Below are positions 42,736 to 56,427 of a stretch of 64,000 nucleotides of DNA, one piece after another; position 1 is the stretch's first letter; every line of letters starts with the position of its first letter. The position numbers and the translations under genes were made by a program. The notes beneath the pieces are model-generated. The model made no database searches and was not told where the DNA came from. It saw only the letters and a list, made by a program, of their open reading frames with translations. Origin of the DNA: Octopus vulgaris (lineage: Eukaryota); the NCBI GenBank assembly GCA_951406725.2, contig OX597815.1, positions 69,130,001-69,194,000 of the forward strand. Direction: 5' to 3'.

Positions 42736-45700
42736 TGGTTACAGGGCTTAAAGTTGCAGCTGATTGAGTTAAGAGTTTAGGATTACCTTTTAGCTCATAG
42801 CTTATCTTCACCATGATGTATCACTGACAGAAACAATACTCATTAGTTTGTCTGTGGGGTAATATTATATACACTTAAATGTGGATGTTCTTTAGAACAA
42901 ACTATACTGTGGTAGATACTATGAGAGAAACTCTCATATTGGTACAAAATGCATGCTTGTTTATAACACTGTCATAGGAGATAAATCCCCACTACAGTGT
43001 CAAGACCACCAAATCATGTGATTTCAACCTTCCTTAGTCTCATCGATGATGGATGCTCTACTGTTAGAGGTAGCAGTGATGCATCTTCCTGCCAACAATA
43101 GCAGCAACTTGTCTCCCTGCTAATGATATATTGAAAATCAGTGGCAGGACAGGCACTGGTGTTGCGATTAGCTAGTGAGCTTGTTAAAAAGAAAAAATGA
43201 GCTTTGCAAATAGGCACCATGAGAAATTAACACCTATATTAAGTGCATTGTATCATTGAGGAGTCACTAGTTTTCAGTTCAACAAATTCAATAATATGTA
43301 TTATATTAACTCTGTCAAGGTATTTTGTTTTGCAAGTTACTTGGTTGGCAACCTCACTTGTGTTGGTATCATGAAAAATGTACCCAGCACACTCTGTAAA
43401 GTGGTTGGCATTAAGAAGGGCATCCAATTGTAGAAACCATTCCAAAGCTGACATTGGAACCATATGTAACTCTCTGGCTCGTCAGTTCCTGTAAAATAAT
43501 GGTAATGACATAAGGGGCATCAGCCATCTGAATGTGGCTAGGGACAGGGCAGGGCGGTGGGGGTGTTACTGATGCATTTAGCCCCAGGCGATCATCAACG
43601 TCACCAGGAGGGCTGACATCATCTCGAATTGAGCTGAAAACAGCTGAAACACCATTAAATGAATATTTATATAATTGTGATACATAATTCATTTAAATTA
43701 TTTTTAAAACCGTTTACCCAAACCACCAGGAATGCTGTTTTATGTTAATCAGGAAATTGTTTTATATACATATATCTATTCACACACTATAGTTTAGCTA
43801 GTTTCTCTCTGTTAAAATTTCTAAATAGGCGGTAATGCACAGTTACTTCCCTTGAACCAATTCCTATATCTTTTTTTTTCCTGGACAAATGGTTCAAAGA
43901 TGGAAAAAATTAGGGAAAAATCAGAAGAGATACTTTAAACCCCCAATATTTCAGCCAGATCTAAGTACATATAAAACATACAAGACACTGGACAAGGTTA
44001 ATAAACAAAGACTTTGTTTGCTTCATATAAGCCATATTTCAACTATATTCATGCATGAAAAGGTTGCAAGGAATCACTATCATGTCCTTTACCTTTTACT
44101 TCATTCAGTCATTGGACTGCAGCCATGCTGGAGCACTGCCTCAAACGGTTTTAGTAGAACAAATCGACCCTGGTACTTATCCTATTGCACTCTTTTAACA
44201 AATGTAAAAAGTTGGGAAAATACTGCAAAGCAGTTTATAAGAGGAGGGACTGGAACAGAACAGGCTTCTTGTAAAGGAACTACAAGACTGTTCACATTTT
44301 AGAAGAGGAGGTGGTAGTGATCAGGTGGAGCTGGAAAAAACTAAAAATAGTGGTGATAAGGTGTCAGGGTAGCCCTTCAAAGAACAAGGTGTCATTATTA
44401 TTATCATCATCATCATCAACAATATTTAATATCCAGTTTCCATGCTGGTATGGGTTGGATAGCTTGACAGGAACTGGCTAGGCCAGGGGTCACACCAGGT
44501 TCCATAGTCTGTTTTGGCTTCTACAACTGGATGCCCTTCCTAATGTGAACCACTTTACAGAGTGTACTGGGTGCTTTTTACTTGGCACCAGCACTCACAC
44601 CAATTTTTTTTCATGTGGAACCTTATAGTGTTGTATTTTGATTAGTGGTACTTGTTTGTTTGGTGTTTTGTTATTTAAAGTACACAACAAAAGTAAACAA
44701 TAAAAAAAACAAAAAGGAATGAAGACAGAAATAGCATGAACTCAGTAAATAAATAAAAATAAAGATGCAAATGTATTACATCAACTATACATTGCCTCCA
44801 GGGAACATTGGTGTTACTCTCTAAAAGTTTTGAGACACTACAAAATGCTCATAGCATTATTAAAGTTAACTGTGAGGATGAAGTATTAGAATAACCAAGA
44901 ACCCTCCTGCATATCATTTGATACTTTGGTGAAGTGGGCCATTAAGTCAAAATTTCCCTTGTAAGTAACCCAGCTCCAGTAACATCATTGCCATCACCTC
45001 TGCCACAGCATTAAAGATGTGTGATGGAAGTAAAAGAGCCACTAATAGTAGCATCTCTTTTGAAGCAAAAACTCTGTTGGGTCTCTATCCAATGTCTGAA
45101 TAAAATCCCACAGAATTGAGATCATATTTACTCTGAGTGAAGTTTATTTAATGACTAGATTTATTGCGTCTCATTGTGGTGTCAAAGTGACCTGCATTCA
45201 GTCAGCATGACAATTCATGAAACTCTCCAAAATCAAGGGTTGAGTGCCACACAAACATCTCATCCCATACCACCACATACATCAAATCTGATCGTGAGAG
45301 AAATGGAAATGTGGAGTTGTGACATGCTGAGGTTAGCAGGATGTGTTTAGACCTAGATCAGACTTGACTGAGAAAATTTATGATCAAAGACAATTTAGTT
45401 TTGTTCATCCCATATTTCACTTACACAATGTATTGAGGACTGCATTATTTGATATGCACTTTCTTCTTTCAAGATGATTCGGATGTCATTTGAGGGAGAT
45501 TTAGGTTGCTGTGTCTTTTAGTGATTCACAGAACCAGTTTATCAGATAAGTCTCATTTGGGGTTGCTTATTTTTAGTATAACAACACTAATAACTATTTT
45601 AATAGCTATTTGGTGAAATTCAAGGGGGAAGGCAATGTTCATCGCCATTTAAAGATCCTCTGAGGCCAGTGGGAAAGACGGTATCTTCAAAACAAAAATA

Positions 45701-45831
45701 TGACTTGAATGCTTGCAAAAGAGTGGACTCTACTAAAGGTACTCAAGAACTAGGTAATGGTATTAAACTGAGCAATAGTGTACTACCCAAGTAGGCCACC
45801 AAAGGATTTGAACTCAGAACACAAAGAATCA

Positions 45832-46245
45832 GATGTAAATATTTAGTATAATTCTTCTATACAGAGGTCAAAGCCACTCCCCACTGCTTGATATCTGTAC
45901 TGATTATTTCCCACTCTGTAGTATTACTATGGTTTTTATCTTTAATTGACAAGATTAGTTTGCTTAGGCTTGTACTATTCGTTTTATTTCTATCCCTAAA
46001 TGAATTGAAGTGATTAGCCAGGCTTCTCTTGAAATTAAAAGAGCTGACCCCTATATAGAAGTATGCCCTTTCCTAAGAAGTGGTTTTGTATCTATAGACT
46101 AGGTTCTTTTTCAAACAACTTGAGTCCAATGGGCATACTGCATCCATGGCACAGTTAGAGAGATCTAATACCTTGCTTCTATTATTTATTATATTATGGC
46201 TGCTGCTAGATGCCTCTGCTGTCCTTGTTTCTATCGATTGTCTGT
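45832..46245 (-). mobile_element. Penelope-like element, GIY-YIG endonuclease remnant
   Basis: Minus-strand NCAMDAVCPLDSSCLKKNLVYRY...FYIGVSSFNFKRSLANHFNSF...STSLSKLILSIK...EWEII. Confidence 0.75.
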
Positions 46246-47355
46246 GTAGAGGAGCTCTCAGGGACAGCCTTTCTTGAATTCCTCTGTTAAGGCCTGGAAG
46301 GCTAAGATAAACAAGAAGAAGCTGAGAACTGAACCTTGGTGAACTTCTACCTGTACACTAAATTCATTGCTATACACATTGCCAACCTTCACCTTACTGG
46401 CAGCATCCATGTACATGGCTTGAACAGCTCTCACTAGCCACTCTTCAATCCCTAGCTTCTGCATTGACCACCAGATAAAAGAGAGTTGGGGATCCTGTCA
46501 AAATTTTTTTTCATGTCGACAAAAGCCAGGTACAGAGGTTTAATTTTGGTTAAATACTTCTGGAGTTGCCTTGCCAGGATAGTATTAGTCAAGCTCCTAG
46601 CTGGCACAAATCTGAACTGCATCTCATCCACACTAACTCTCTTTCTAATTAATTGAGCTTTGACTCTTTCAGTAACTTTCATCACCTGGTGCATCAATTT
46701 GATGCCTTTGTAATTATTTCTGTTTAAGGCATCACCTTTACCTTTGTAGCAGTTGACTATAATGCTGCCATACCAATTGTTAGGTATGATTCCCTCATGA
46801 AAAACCTGATTAACTATATGGGTGACAAGGCCATATCTTACTCCACCAGATATTTTAAGCATCTCAGCAGTGATTCCTGAAGGGTTGGGAGCTTTCCCTG
46901 TCTTCATATTCTTAATTGCTTTATCTACTAGGGTACTGTCAATTTAGATAGTAATTTGTTTCTTGATGTAAATATTTGGTATAATTCTTCTATACAGGGA
47001 TCACAGCCACTTCTCCCAGCTTGATATGGTTTAGCTGTTCTGATTATTTCCCACTCCGTTGTATTGCTGGTCCCTCAGTTGGGTCTATATTTAGCAGACT
47101 CTCCTTCTCCTATGCATTCTCCACATTTAGCAGCCTTTCATAATGACATTTCCAAGCCTCTTTTTTTGCAAAATCATTAAATGCAAGGGAACCATCGTCC
47201 ATGAAAATACATTTCTCTCCTATGACATCACTATTTTCTCTCACAAACTGTGTTGCAATCCAAAACACTTCAAGTCTTTGGTCCTCACATTGCAGAACAT
47301 TGGCAAACTTCTTCCTTTCTGCTTCTCTCCTGGCTAAATATACCTGTCTCCTGTG
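46245..47355 (-). mobile_element. Degenerate RTE RT fragment
   Basis: GKAPNPSGITAEMLK, YKGKGDALNRNNYKGIKL, AFVDMKKNFDR, VHQGSVLS. Confidence 0.85.
46941..47068 (-). mobile_element. Second Penelope-like GIY-YIG piece inserted inside the RTE fragment
   Basis: Similar to 45832-45930; translates TEWEIIRTAKPYQAGRSGCDPCIEELYQIF. Confidence 0.7.
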
Positions 47356-49189
47356 TGTGAGCAGAGGTAAGGCAAATAGATAACAATGTAACAAACTGAC
47401 TCTAACTTTGTTACATCTTTATCTATTTCTAATATCTCTAAGCTAAAATAGAGACATCAGATAAAAAAAATTATTACTGAAGTTATTTTTGTCTGTTATA
47501 ATATCCACATTAAAATATCAACAATACTATTACAGCTGATTGTTGTGTTGATGGACTTGAGGAATACCTATCACCACCTCATGCAGAAGGAAAGGGACAT
47601 AGGATTAGTGAGGAGAACAGTTTTGTCAAAATTGTAATTCCTGTAGTATGAAGCACAGGAATACTAAAAGGTGAAAAAATAGAGAAACTACCCAGTTCTT
47701 TGTTCTTTTTCTTCCCTATGAAGTAGTAATAGCTATTCCAAAAGTCTGCTGTTGTGCTTGCAAAATTACAAAATCCTTTGAGTGTAGTTGAAAACAGGTT
47801 ATGATCATGAATATATGATAAGCCTTAGGAAGGGGCAGTAAGTTCCTAACAGAAACTGATTCCAAATCCTCAGTTTACATTCCCAGTTGGAATCAAAGAA
47901 TTTCTTTTCCAGCTATAACGTCTTGGTGAGGCAGAGGAGGGGCAATCTCAATAAATCGAAAACGGAGTTTTTGGCAAAGCTGTCCTTCAAAGTTGCACAT
48001 CTCATGGGAAAGGAAAAGGTAAGTTCCTCAACACTGCTCTTTTTCTGGGGTTTGGGGGTAGCTGTGTGGTTAAGAAGCTTACTTTTGCAGCCATGTCGTT
48101 TTGGTTCAGTCCCACTATGTGACATATTGGGAAAGTCTTCTACTATCGTCGCAGACTGACCAATGCCTCATGAGTGAAATTGGTAGGCTGATACAGTATG
48201 GAAGCGCGTCTTATATGTGTGCTTGCGCACGAGCACCATCACTTCTTGGCAACTGGTGCTGGTTTGTCCTAACTTAGCAGTTTGGGAAAGGACTACAATA
48301 AAATAAGTATTAGGCATAAAAACAAGTATTGGGGTATTTCTGTTCTACTGAATGCCTCAATGCAGTGCTCCAGTATGGCCAAAGTCCGATGACTGAAACA
48401 AGTAAAAGATGGCATTTCAAATTTTTGTTAATATTTTCTTTTTTACCACTATTTCTGTACTCTTATCCTTATTCCAAAACTGCGACATTACAGATTCCCA
48501 CTTTACCTATTCTGAAATTCTTGAGTTTTTACGACAACGTCGAATCCCACAAGGAGCCAGCCTCTTCGGTCGTGCCACGAACACATAGTCCGAGTTTTAC
48601 CATCCGCCGTCTTTGTGAAGTTTGCGCGACTTTGAGAAGCAGTTAGTAAGAAGAGTTAGGTCCCTTACATCTATGATCGCGACCACTGATTAAACGGGTT
48701 GGGTTCAGAAGGCGGATGGGTGTGAAGAGATTATGTTAAACAACAACAATAATAACGATGACTAGAAACAATCCAAGTATTAGTGTTGTGTGACTCTTCA
48801 CCATTTTACCTGCAGCAGTTATCAAACATGGCTGCTAGATGCATCAATTTAGTTAAAATGACAAGTACTTGCTGGCTAGCCATAGTAACTACAACCCTTT
48901 CTCTCTCTTGCTTTCAGACTAAAAAAATTCTCATGGAACATCAAATAAATAATTTCTAGAAATTCTGTAAGTTCTGATGATGAAACCCGAAGGCAAAATG
49001 CTCGTGCTCGAAGTAAAATTATTTATTAAACGTAAAATTTACGACAGAATTCATTTTTTTTTCAATAGCTGTTAATCTAGTTATGTATGTGATATCAATA
49101 ATTCGTTCATTTGTTAAAGCATTTTAACTAAATTATTAATTGTTAGATAATTATTACGTTTTTTTCTTTTTTTCGCGGAAAAAGTATAA

Positions 49190-49550
49190 TTTTCAAATGT
49201 CGGACAATATGCTTAGCGGTATTTCTTCTGGCTCTACATTCTGAGTTCAAATTCCGCCAAAGTCGACTTTGTCTTCCATATTTTTGAAGTCGATAAAATA
49301 AGATACCAATTGAACACTGGAGTTGATGTAATCGACTTAACCATTCCCTTAACATTGCTGGCTTTGTGCTTATATGGAAATAATAATTATTAAGGCACTC
49401 TGTGTTCAAATTCCGTCGAGTTCGACTTTGCTTTTCATCCTTTCGAGGTCGATAAAATAAAGTACTTGTCAAGTACAGAGATCGATGGTATCGAGTAGCC
49501 CCATCTACTCAAATTGCTGACCTTGTGCCAAAATTAGAAAGAATTATCAT
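49190..49550 (+). repeat. Two tandem units of the same Nin/Deu-like SINE
   Basis: ttctgagttcaaattccg..gtcgactttg..gtcgataaaata..gtac repeated twice; CpGs retained. Confidence 0.75.
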
Positions 49551-51883
49551 TTTGAAACTATAATTTCAAATCTAATTTTTTCTAGTCATACGTACACGAA
49601 CTGAAGAAGCGGAGTAAGGTGGGGGGAGTTATTCGGTCACTTGCTAGAAATAGCAGCCAAATCTCTCTTAAATTACTCTACCGTGTTAAAAGGACACACT
49701 AGATAGTTTGGTGAGAGATGTGTTATGTCTGAATCAAAGATGTGATGATCACATCTGGAGCACCTTTGATCATTAGTCTGTTCTTATGTTCAGGTTTTGA
49801 CCTGGGGCTAAACAACAACTCGTACATAAAGCTACATAATACACATTCTTAATGGACATTAGTTTTAGAATGCGTGTGTGGTGGTGGGGAAAGACACTGT
49901 TTTTGTATAAATTCGATAGCTTCTCCAAGCAAGAGATAAATATTTCTTTGAAATGACCCCTTTTCTCCTTTAAATTTTATTTCATGATTAATGTAAGTAG
50001 AGGCGTTTCATTGAGCTTGTGTGCTTCTTTGTGCGCATGTCACATAAACACACATTACACGCACACACACATTACACACACACACTACATACGCGCGCGC
50101 ACTCGCAGTAAACGTGTTTACATCTATTTAGTTAATGTGTGTATGTGTGTGTGCATATAAATGTTTACATCCATTAAATTGATGATCGTGTGTTTACGTC
50201 TATTGAATCAGTGTGTGTACATATATAGGTCTGCACGTGTTTACACCCACACACACACTATATATATATATCGTATTGTGTGTTAAGTGTGTGTATAATT
50301 TCTGCGTTGAGTTTATTGATTCTTCGTGGGACGGAATTAAATATCGAGAGAGAATGTTAACAAATATTTGAACGGTGGCTTTGGAAAAGAATAAGGGTGG
50401 GGAAGCTGCCGTAAGAAAAGATTGGTGATGGTGATGGCGGTGGTGAGGGAGGAGGAGGCGACACACACACACACAAGAATAAAAATGCATAAAAAGAGAT
50501 GAAATGTATAATTAAGAGGCTATACACAGGATGAATTCGAAGTTAATAAAAGGATAGCAATGTCTTGGAAATAACAATAACAACAATGATAATAATAATC
50601 TATCAAATGTATAGATGGGAGTAGAGATATAATGACAGCCCTTCTCGTTCACATTGTGAAATTTAGGTTGTTTTTTTTATTTGTCAGAAAAAGAAGCTAG
50701 AGTAGGGAAAAGAAAGCGAATCTGGTTAGTTGGTTCTTAATTAGTTCTCATATAAAGGAAAAGAAGGAAGGGTTTGTTTCATCGTTAACAAGAGTACAAT
50801 TAGAGACAGGCTAGTAAAGGGATCGATAATATATTTTTTTTAAAAGTGGGGGATGAATAATAGTAGGGTAATAGGAAGAGAAGAATTGATGTGAACATTA
50901 GAAAAAAAAGAGAGGGGAAAAGGAAGAGCTAAAGAAGAGTGGGAGTAGAAGTGACAGAAATGACGTAATTAATTTGGTCACTCAAACATTCATTGTGGTT
51001 ATAAGTGGGTCGAGGGTCAACTGCCACAGACTGGAGAGACGATCTGGAAGAGAGATGTTAAGTTAAAAGACCCGCGAGCAGTGTTCTGGGTGGGGTAGGG
51101 GAAACAAATCCATTTCTTTCGACCCCTTTCCACCCACGTTTGTAAAGTAATGAAACTAAATATAAAAATGAACACACAAACATGCTCATGAGCATATGTG
51201 TGTCATCATCATATTCATCACCATCATCATCATCATCATCATTTAACGTCTGCTTTCGCTTTCCTACTGGCATGAGTTGGACAGTTTGATGTGGAGCTGG
51301 CTAGCAGAGAGCTTTCAATGGAACTGGCTATCAGGGAGCATGGTTTCTACAGTTGGATGCCCTTCCTAATACCAACCACTTAACAGAGTGTGCTGTGTGC
51401 TTTTTATGTGCCACCGGCATGGGTGTGTTACATAACACCAGTGCAGGTGCATTAATGCTGCACTGGCATGGGTGCTTTTAAGTAGCACCAGCATCTGAAA
51501 GGACAAGCCTGAATGCGTAGAATACAGTGATTTTACTTAGCTTGATGTATCTTATCAAGTACAGCAAATTGCCACATGTCCCAGTCCCTTGTTGTTCCTC
51601 AGTGAAGCCCTGCGTCTGAAAATCTTTCCTCACCACTTTGTCCCACGTCTTCTTGGGCCTACTCCTTCCTCAGGTGCCCTTAGAGATCAACACTTCTTTA
51701 CACAGTTGTCCTCATCCATATGCATCACATGACCAAACCAGCACAGTCTTCTCTCTTGCAAACAACATTTGATGTCTCTTCTCTTAAATCATTTACACTC
51801 TGTTGTGCATGCACACGCACATACATTGTCAGTAAACCATAAATCAGAAAGAGAAACACACCTTAAGTTACAGAGTAGCAGAG

Positions 51884-52235
51884 TATTTAAATAATGTGAG
51901 TTATGGCCAGTTCATAGGGTTACCCAGGGTTTCATGTCCATAAAGTGCTTAGCTTCACATATGTCCTGTCAGACCCTAATGGCCAGTGGCCAATAACTTC
52001 TCTTCAAATTGGACGGAGAAAAGGTCTCGTGGCTAGTTTTTGATCACACTGATGCGAAATTCTTTGTTTGCGTGTTCAAAAACTAGTTACGAGGCCTTTT
52101 CTCCTCCCAATTTGATGAGAGGTTATAGACTGCTAGCCATTAGGATTAGATGAGACATGTATAAAACTAAGCACTTAATGGATGTGAAACCCTGGGTAAC
52201 CCTATGAACCAGCCATAACTAACATTATCTAAATA
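51884..52235. mobile_element. 352-bp palindromic foldback element (probable MITE)
   Basis: gttcatagggttacccagggtttca / tgaaaccctgggtaaccctatgaac; complementarity continues to a ~25-nt centre. Confidence 0.85.
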
Positions 52236-53349
52236 TATATATATTGCTTTAAAGAATAGTAAAGACTTAGTGTCGTTCACTTAAAGTGGATGGAACTTGT
52301 AGGAGAGGGAGAGCTAAGAAGACATGGGATGAAGTACTGAAGGCTTATCTCAGGACACTGAGCCTTATGAAGGAGATGACAAAGGACTGTGATATCTAGT
52401 GTGCTTTGCTGTTCTAAAAATGACCTGTGTACTACAGCAGAACTGTTAATGCTCCCCTCCAATCTGAAAAGATCCCCATACTAGTGTCACATAAAAAGCA
52501 TCCAGCACATTCTGTAAAGTGGTTGGCATTAGGAAGGGCATCAAGCTGTAGAAACCAAGCTACCTCAGCTTGGACCCTGGTCCAGTTTGTCAGCTCTGGT
52601 CAAACTGTCCAACCTATGCCAGCATAGAAAATGGATGTTATATGATGATGACCATCATCATCATTTTAGCATCCACTTTTTCATGGGTACATAAGTCAGA
52701 CATGATTTTGAGGTAGATTTTTCTACAACCAGATGCTCTTCTTGATGCTAACCCTCGTCTGTTTTCTGAGAGAGGTAATATTTCTCTATGGTTAGATATG
52801 TTTTCATGGTAAATTGGAAACGAATGGCATCACTTGTATAACAGTGACACTTATTTACAAACATTATGCAGTCAAGAGATATAGACACTAACACCTGTAT
52901 GTGTGTGCATATACCTACACATATGTTGTACAACATATATGTATATGTGTGTATGTACAATATATATATGCATATGCATGTGATAGGTTTCATTTCCATT
53001 TACTAAATCCACTCACAGGCCATTGGTCAGCTTGGAGTTATGGCAGAAGATACTTGCCCAAGGTGCTCTGCAAGGGGACTGAACTTGAACCTATAATATT
53101 TAGGAAGCACACACACAAACATCATCATCATCATCATCATTTCATGTTTGCTTTCCATGTGGCATGGATTAGATGATTCAACATGATCCAAATGTCTCAG
53201 TTTTAGCTTTATTTTTATTCATTTATTTATTTATTTATTGGCAGGATTGGATATCATCCCTAAAACCAGCCACTTTACAATGTTTATTTAGTGTAGTTTC
53301 ATGCCACCAGCACTAATGAGGTCATCTTGAAACTCTCGAGGCAATACAA

Positions 53350-56010
53350 CCTCCAAACAGTGAAAGAGAGAATAGTAAAGACAGTGATTGACTTAGATGT
53401 AGTGTTGTGGGAAGTTACAGTACAATGGGAGGAATGGATTTACTGTTGTGAGAGGGTGGTAGTGGAGATGAAGTGCCATAATATATTCTCAAAGTAATAT
53501 GTCCATGAAAGTGAATCACTGTCTATTATTTCATTAAGTGAAAAGAAAACTCAGTGAGTGAAGGTCGTGAGTGTGAAATAAACTGAGACTTGTCTTGGAT
53601 AAAGCAACAGTAACATTTATTTCTGCTTAATCTCCACAATCTGAGCTAGCAGATAAATTGGAGGACCTTTTGTAAATTATCTTTTGTAAATTATCTTGAT
53701 GACAATGACCCTATTATTATTACTGGTAACTTCAATGGACATGTTAGGCAGCTTGTGAATGCAAGGTCTTTTCCTGGTGAAGAATATACAACTCCAACAT
53801 AGGTTAGTGATTTCAAATAAAGCTAGAAGGACCCAGACACACAAATCAGTCTGGAAAAAGAAGATATGAAAACTTAAAGACCCAACAAATAGTCAGAAAT
53901 TTAGAGATTTTCCAGTTAAAGCTTTTTGGTAAAAAGGAGGAGTTAGAGACATATAGCATGGGACAACCTACTGAGAGCTCTTGATCTGGCTGGGACTTTG
54001 CACCAACAAGATCATGAGTGACATGGTAGTGGAACAGTGAGGTAGACAGAGCCATAAAAGTGAAAAAGACTGGTTTGGAAAGACTGGATAAATGGAGGCA
54101 GCTGAGAATTATATCAGTTAGGCATTAGGCTTACATATCAATTAGTCATAGCAGTTAGGCATTAGGCTTACATAGCAAAGGGAGGAATATGAGGGTGAGC
54201 TGAAAAGTTCATAGACTGACTCTGAAGAAATGATACTGGAGCTGTGAAATCTTGCATGAATTAATTTTAACACTTCTTATTAATAAGTGTATTGATTTTT
54301 TGGGTAAACCAGCACCTGACTGCTCAAAGAAAAGTAACTAGTATTAACTTCTCTTAAATGGACAAAATTTGGCATTGTGGTGTCATCAAGTATCTGCAGA
54401 AAAAGGATTTAGCCCTTAAGGACATTCTTACTGACATGGTTGCCATATTAGGAGATGAAGCTCTAGCTTTATAAACAGTGCAAAAGTGGGTGGATGAATT
54501 TAGGAGGGGAAGAGAGAGTCTTAACATTAACCCAATGTCTGTACGTGCTGTGACTGCCAACATAGAGGAAAACACTGATTGTGTTCATCATTTGGTGATG
54601 GGTTACAGGCAACTGACTATAAATCAAATAGCCAATGCTATTAGCATATCCTGTAAAAGAGTTGAGAATATTTTGCACAATAAACATGGTATGACGAAGG
54701 TTTCTGCTCAGTAGGTGCCATGTCTTCTGACATCTGATCAATAGTGCACCAGGCTGATCACATCATGGGAAAATCCAACATTTCTTGAGGCAGATCCAGC
54801 TGGTTTCTTTGAACGTTTCTTAACCCAGGATGAGTGTTGGCTTCAGTTCATCACTTTGAGTCAGAGACAAAGTGACAATCCATACAGTGGAAACACTCCT
54901 CTTCACTTGCTTCAAAGAAGGCCAAGTTTGTTTCATCTGCAGGGGAAGGTGATGGCCTCAGTTTCTGGGATACAAAAGGAATTGTGTTTATTGACTATCT
55001 TCAAAAGGGCCACACTATCAATGGAAAGCACTATGCCAACATGCTGAGACAGTTATGAAAGGCTATCAAGACTAAATGCCCAGGAAAGTTGACAAAAGGG
55101 GTCTTTTTGCATCAAGATAATGCTCCAGCACACAAGTCCTTTGTTTCAATGGCTGCTGTGCATGAGTGTGACTTTGAACTGGCTGGTCAGTCTCCTTATT
55201 CTCCTGATTTGGCTCCATCTGATTATCATGTGTTCCCCAATAGAAAAACACTTTGCTGGGAACCAGTATCGCATTGATGATGACAACATATCTGCAGCTC
55301 ATGATGTTTTTGACCAACAAGATGAAAGCTTCTTCACCAATGGGATCCAAGCTCTGCAACACTGATGGAAGAAGTGTGTGGACTGCAAGGGAGACGATGC
55401 TGAAAAATAAATCTCATTTGACCACATTCCATGAGTGTATCTTGGTCAGCTTATGGAATTTTAAATCAACCCTTGTTGAAAGTAAGAATTTTGCTGATGT
55501 TCTACAGTGAGAGGATCAGAGGTATGAAGTGTTTCAATTGCAAGAGAATTTATCTGAACACTAGCACTTAGGGAAAGAGTAATATCCCAATTAATCAGGA
55601 AGAGAGCTAATCTAGATGAGATGCAGTTTGGTTTTGTATGTGGAAGAAGTACAAAGGATGCTCTCTTTTAAGAAAGACAACTGTTGGAGAATCAAGATGA
55701 TGTAGATAAGAAATGTGTGTGGATGGATAATAGTTCACTTGCACTTAATGTTTCTGGAAAGAAAGAAGCATAAAAGTGGTACTTTGAAAGGTTACTAAAT
55801 GTGCCGTCCCAGTGAAGACCCTACAGAGGGACGAGGTATCCTAGTTGAGAACAATATGATAGATAAAGCAATAAAAGGTGCAAAGGCCAATCATGTCCCT
55901 GGTCCATCAGTAATCACCACTGATTTGCTTAAAATATCTGGTAGAGTAGTCACCTCTATAGTTAATCAGGTTTGTACAAGAAGGGGTCATATCCGACAAC
56001 TGGGCCAGCA
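53350..56010 (+). mobile_element. Degenerate RTE fragment split by a mariner insertion
   Basis: Flanks 54170-54187 and 55478-55520 join to match the RTE sequence at 47290-47345; ctagatgagatgcagtttggtttt RT motif at 55611. Confidence 0.65.
54190..55475 (+). mobile_element. Full-length degenerate mariner (Tc1/mariner) transposon, ~1.29 kb
   Basis: Imperfect TIRs (ta-tgagggtgagctgaaaagttcatagactgac / ggtcagcttatggaattttaaatcaacccttg); transposase motifs KWVDEFRRGRESL, TQDECW, HQDNAPAH, YSPDLAPSDY, broken by stops and frameshifts. Confidence 0.9.
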
Positions 56011-56022
56011 GTATTATATCTA

Positions 56023-56116
<94 letters not shown>

Positions 56117-56427
56117 TACTATGTATATTACAGACATATATACACTATTTACATGCACTATATATATGTAGTATATACATTGTATATAAACATATAATAC
56201 ACACATATATTTATGTATACAAAATGCTGAGCTATGAAGGTTATTGTGAAGTATAACAGTGTGGAGCTGTTTACTGAGCCAAGATGCTTTTAGTAACATG
56301 TGCCTTTCAGTACACTTTTAGATTACGTACACACACACACACACACGCACACACACACGCACACACACACACACACACACACACCTTCTTAGCTTACAAT
56401 TTTCTTTCAACAATTAACAACTGAAGT

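Noticed and set aside
44860-45110. Signal-peptide-like minus-strand ORF MLLLVALLLPSHIF...
   Set aside because: Only ~35 codons, with no supporting exon structure or recognisable homology.
48972-48995. CTGATGA hammerhead-like core
   Set aside because: No stem II followed by a GAAA box, and no supporting stems.
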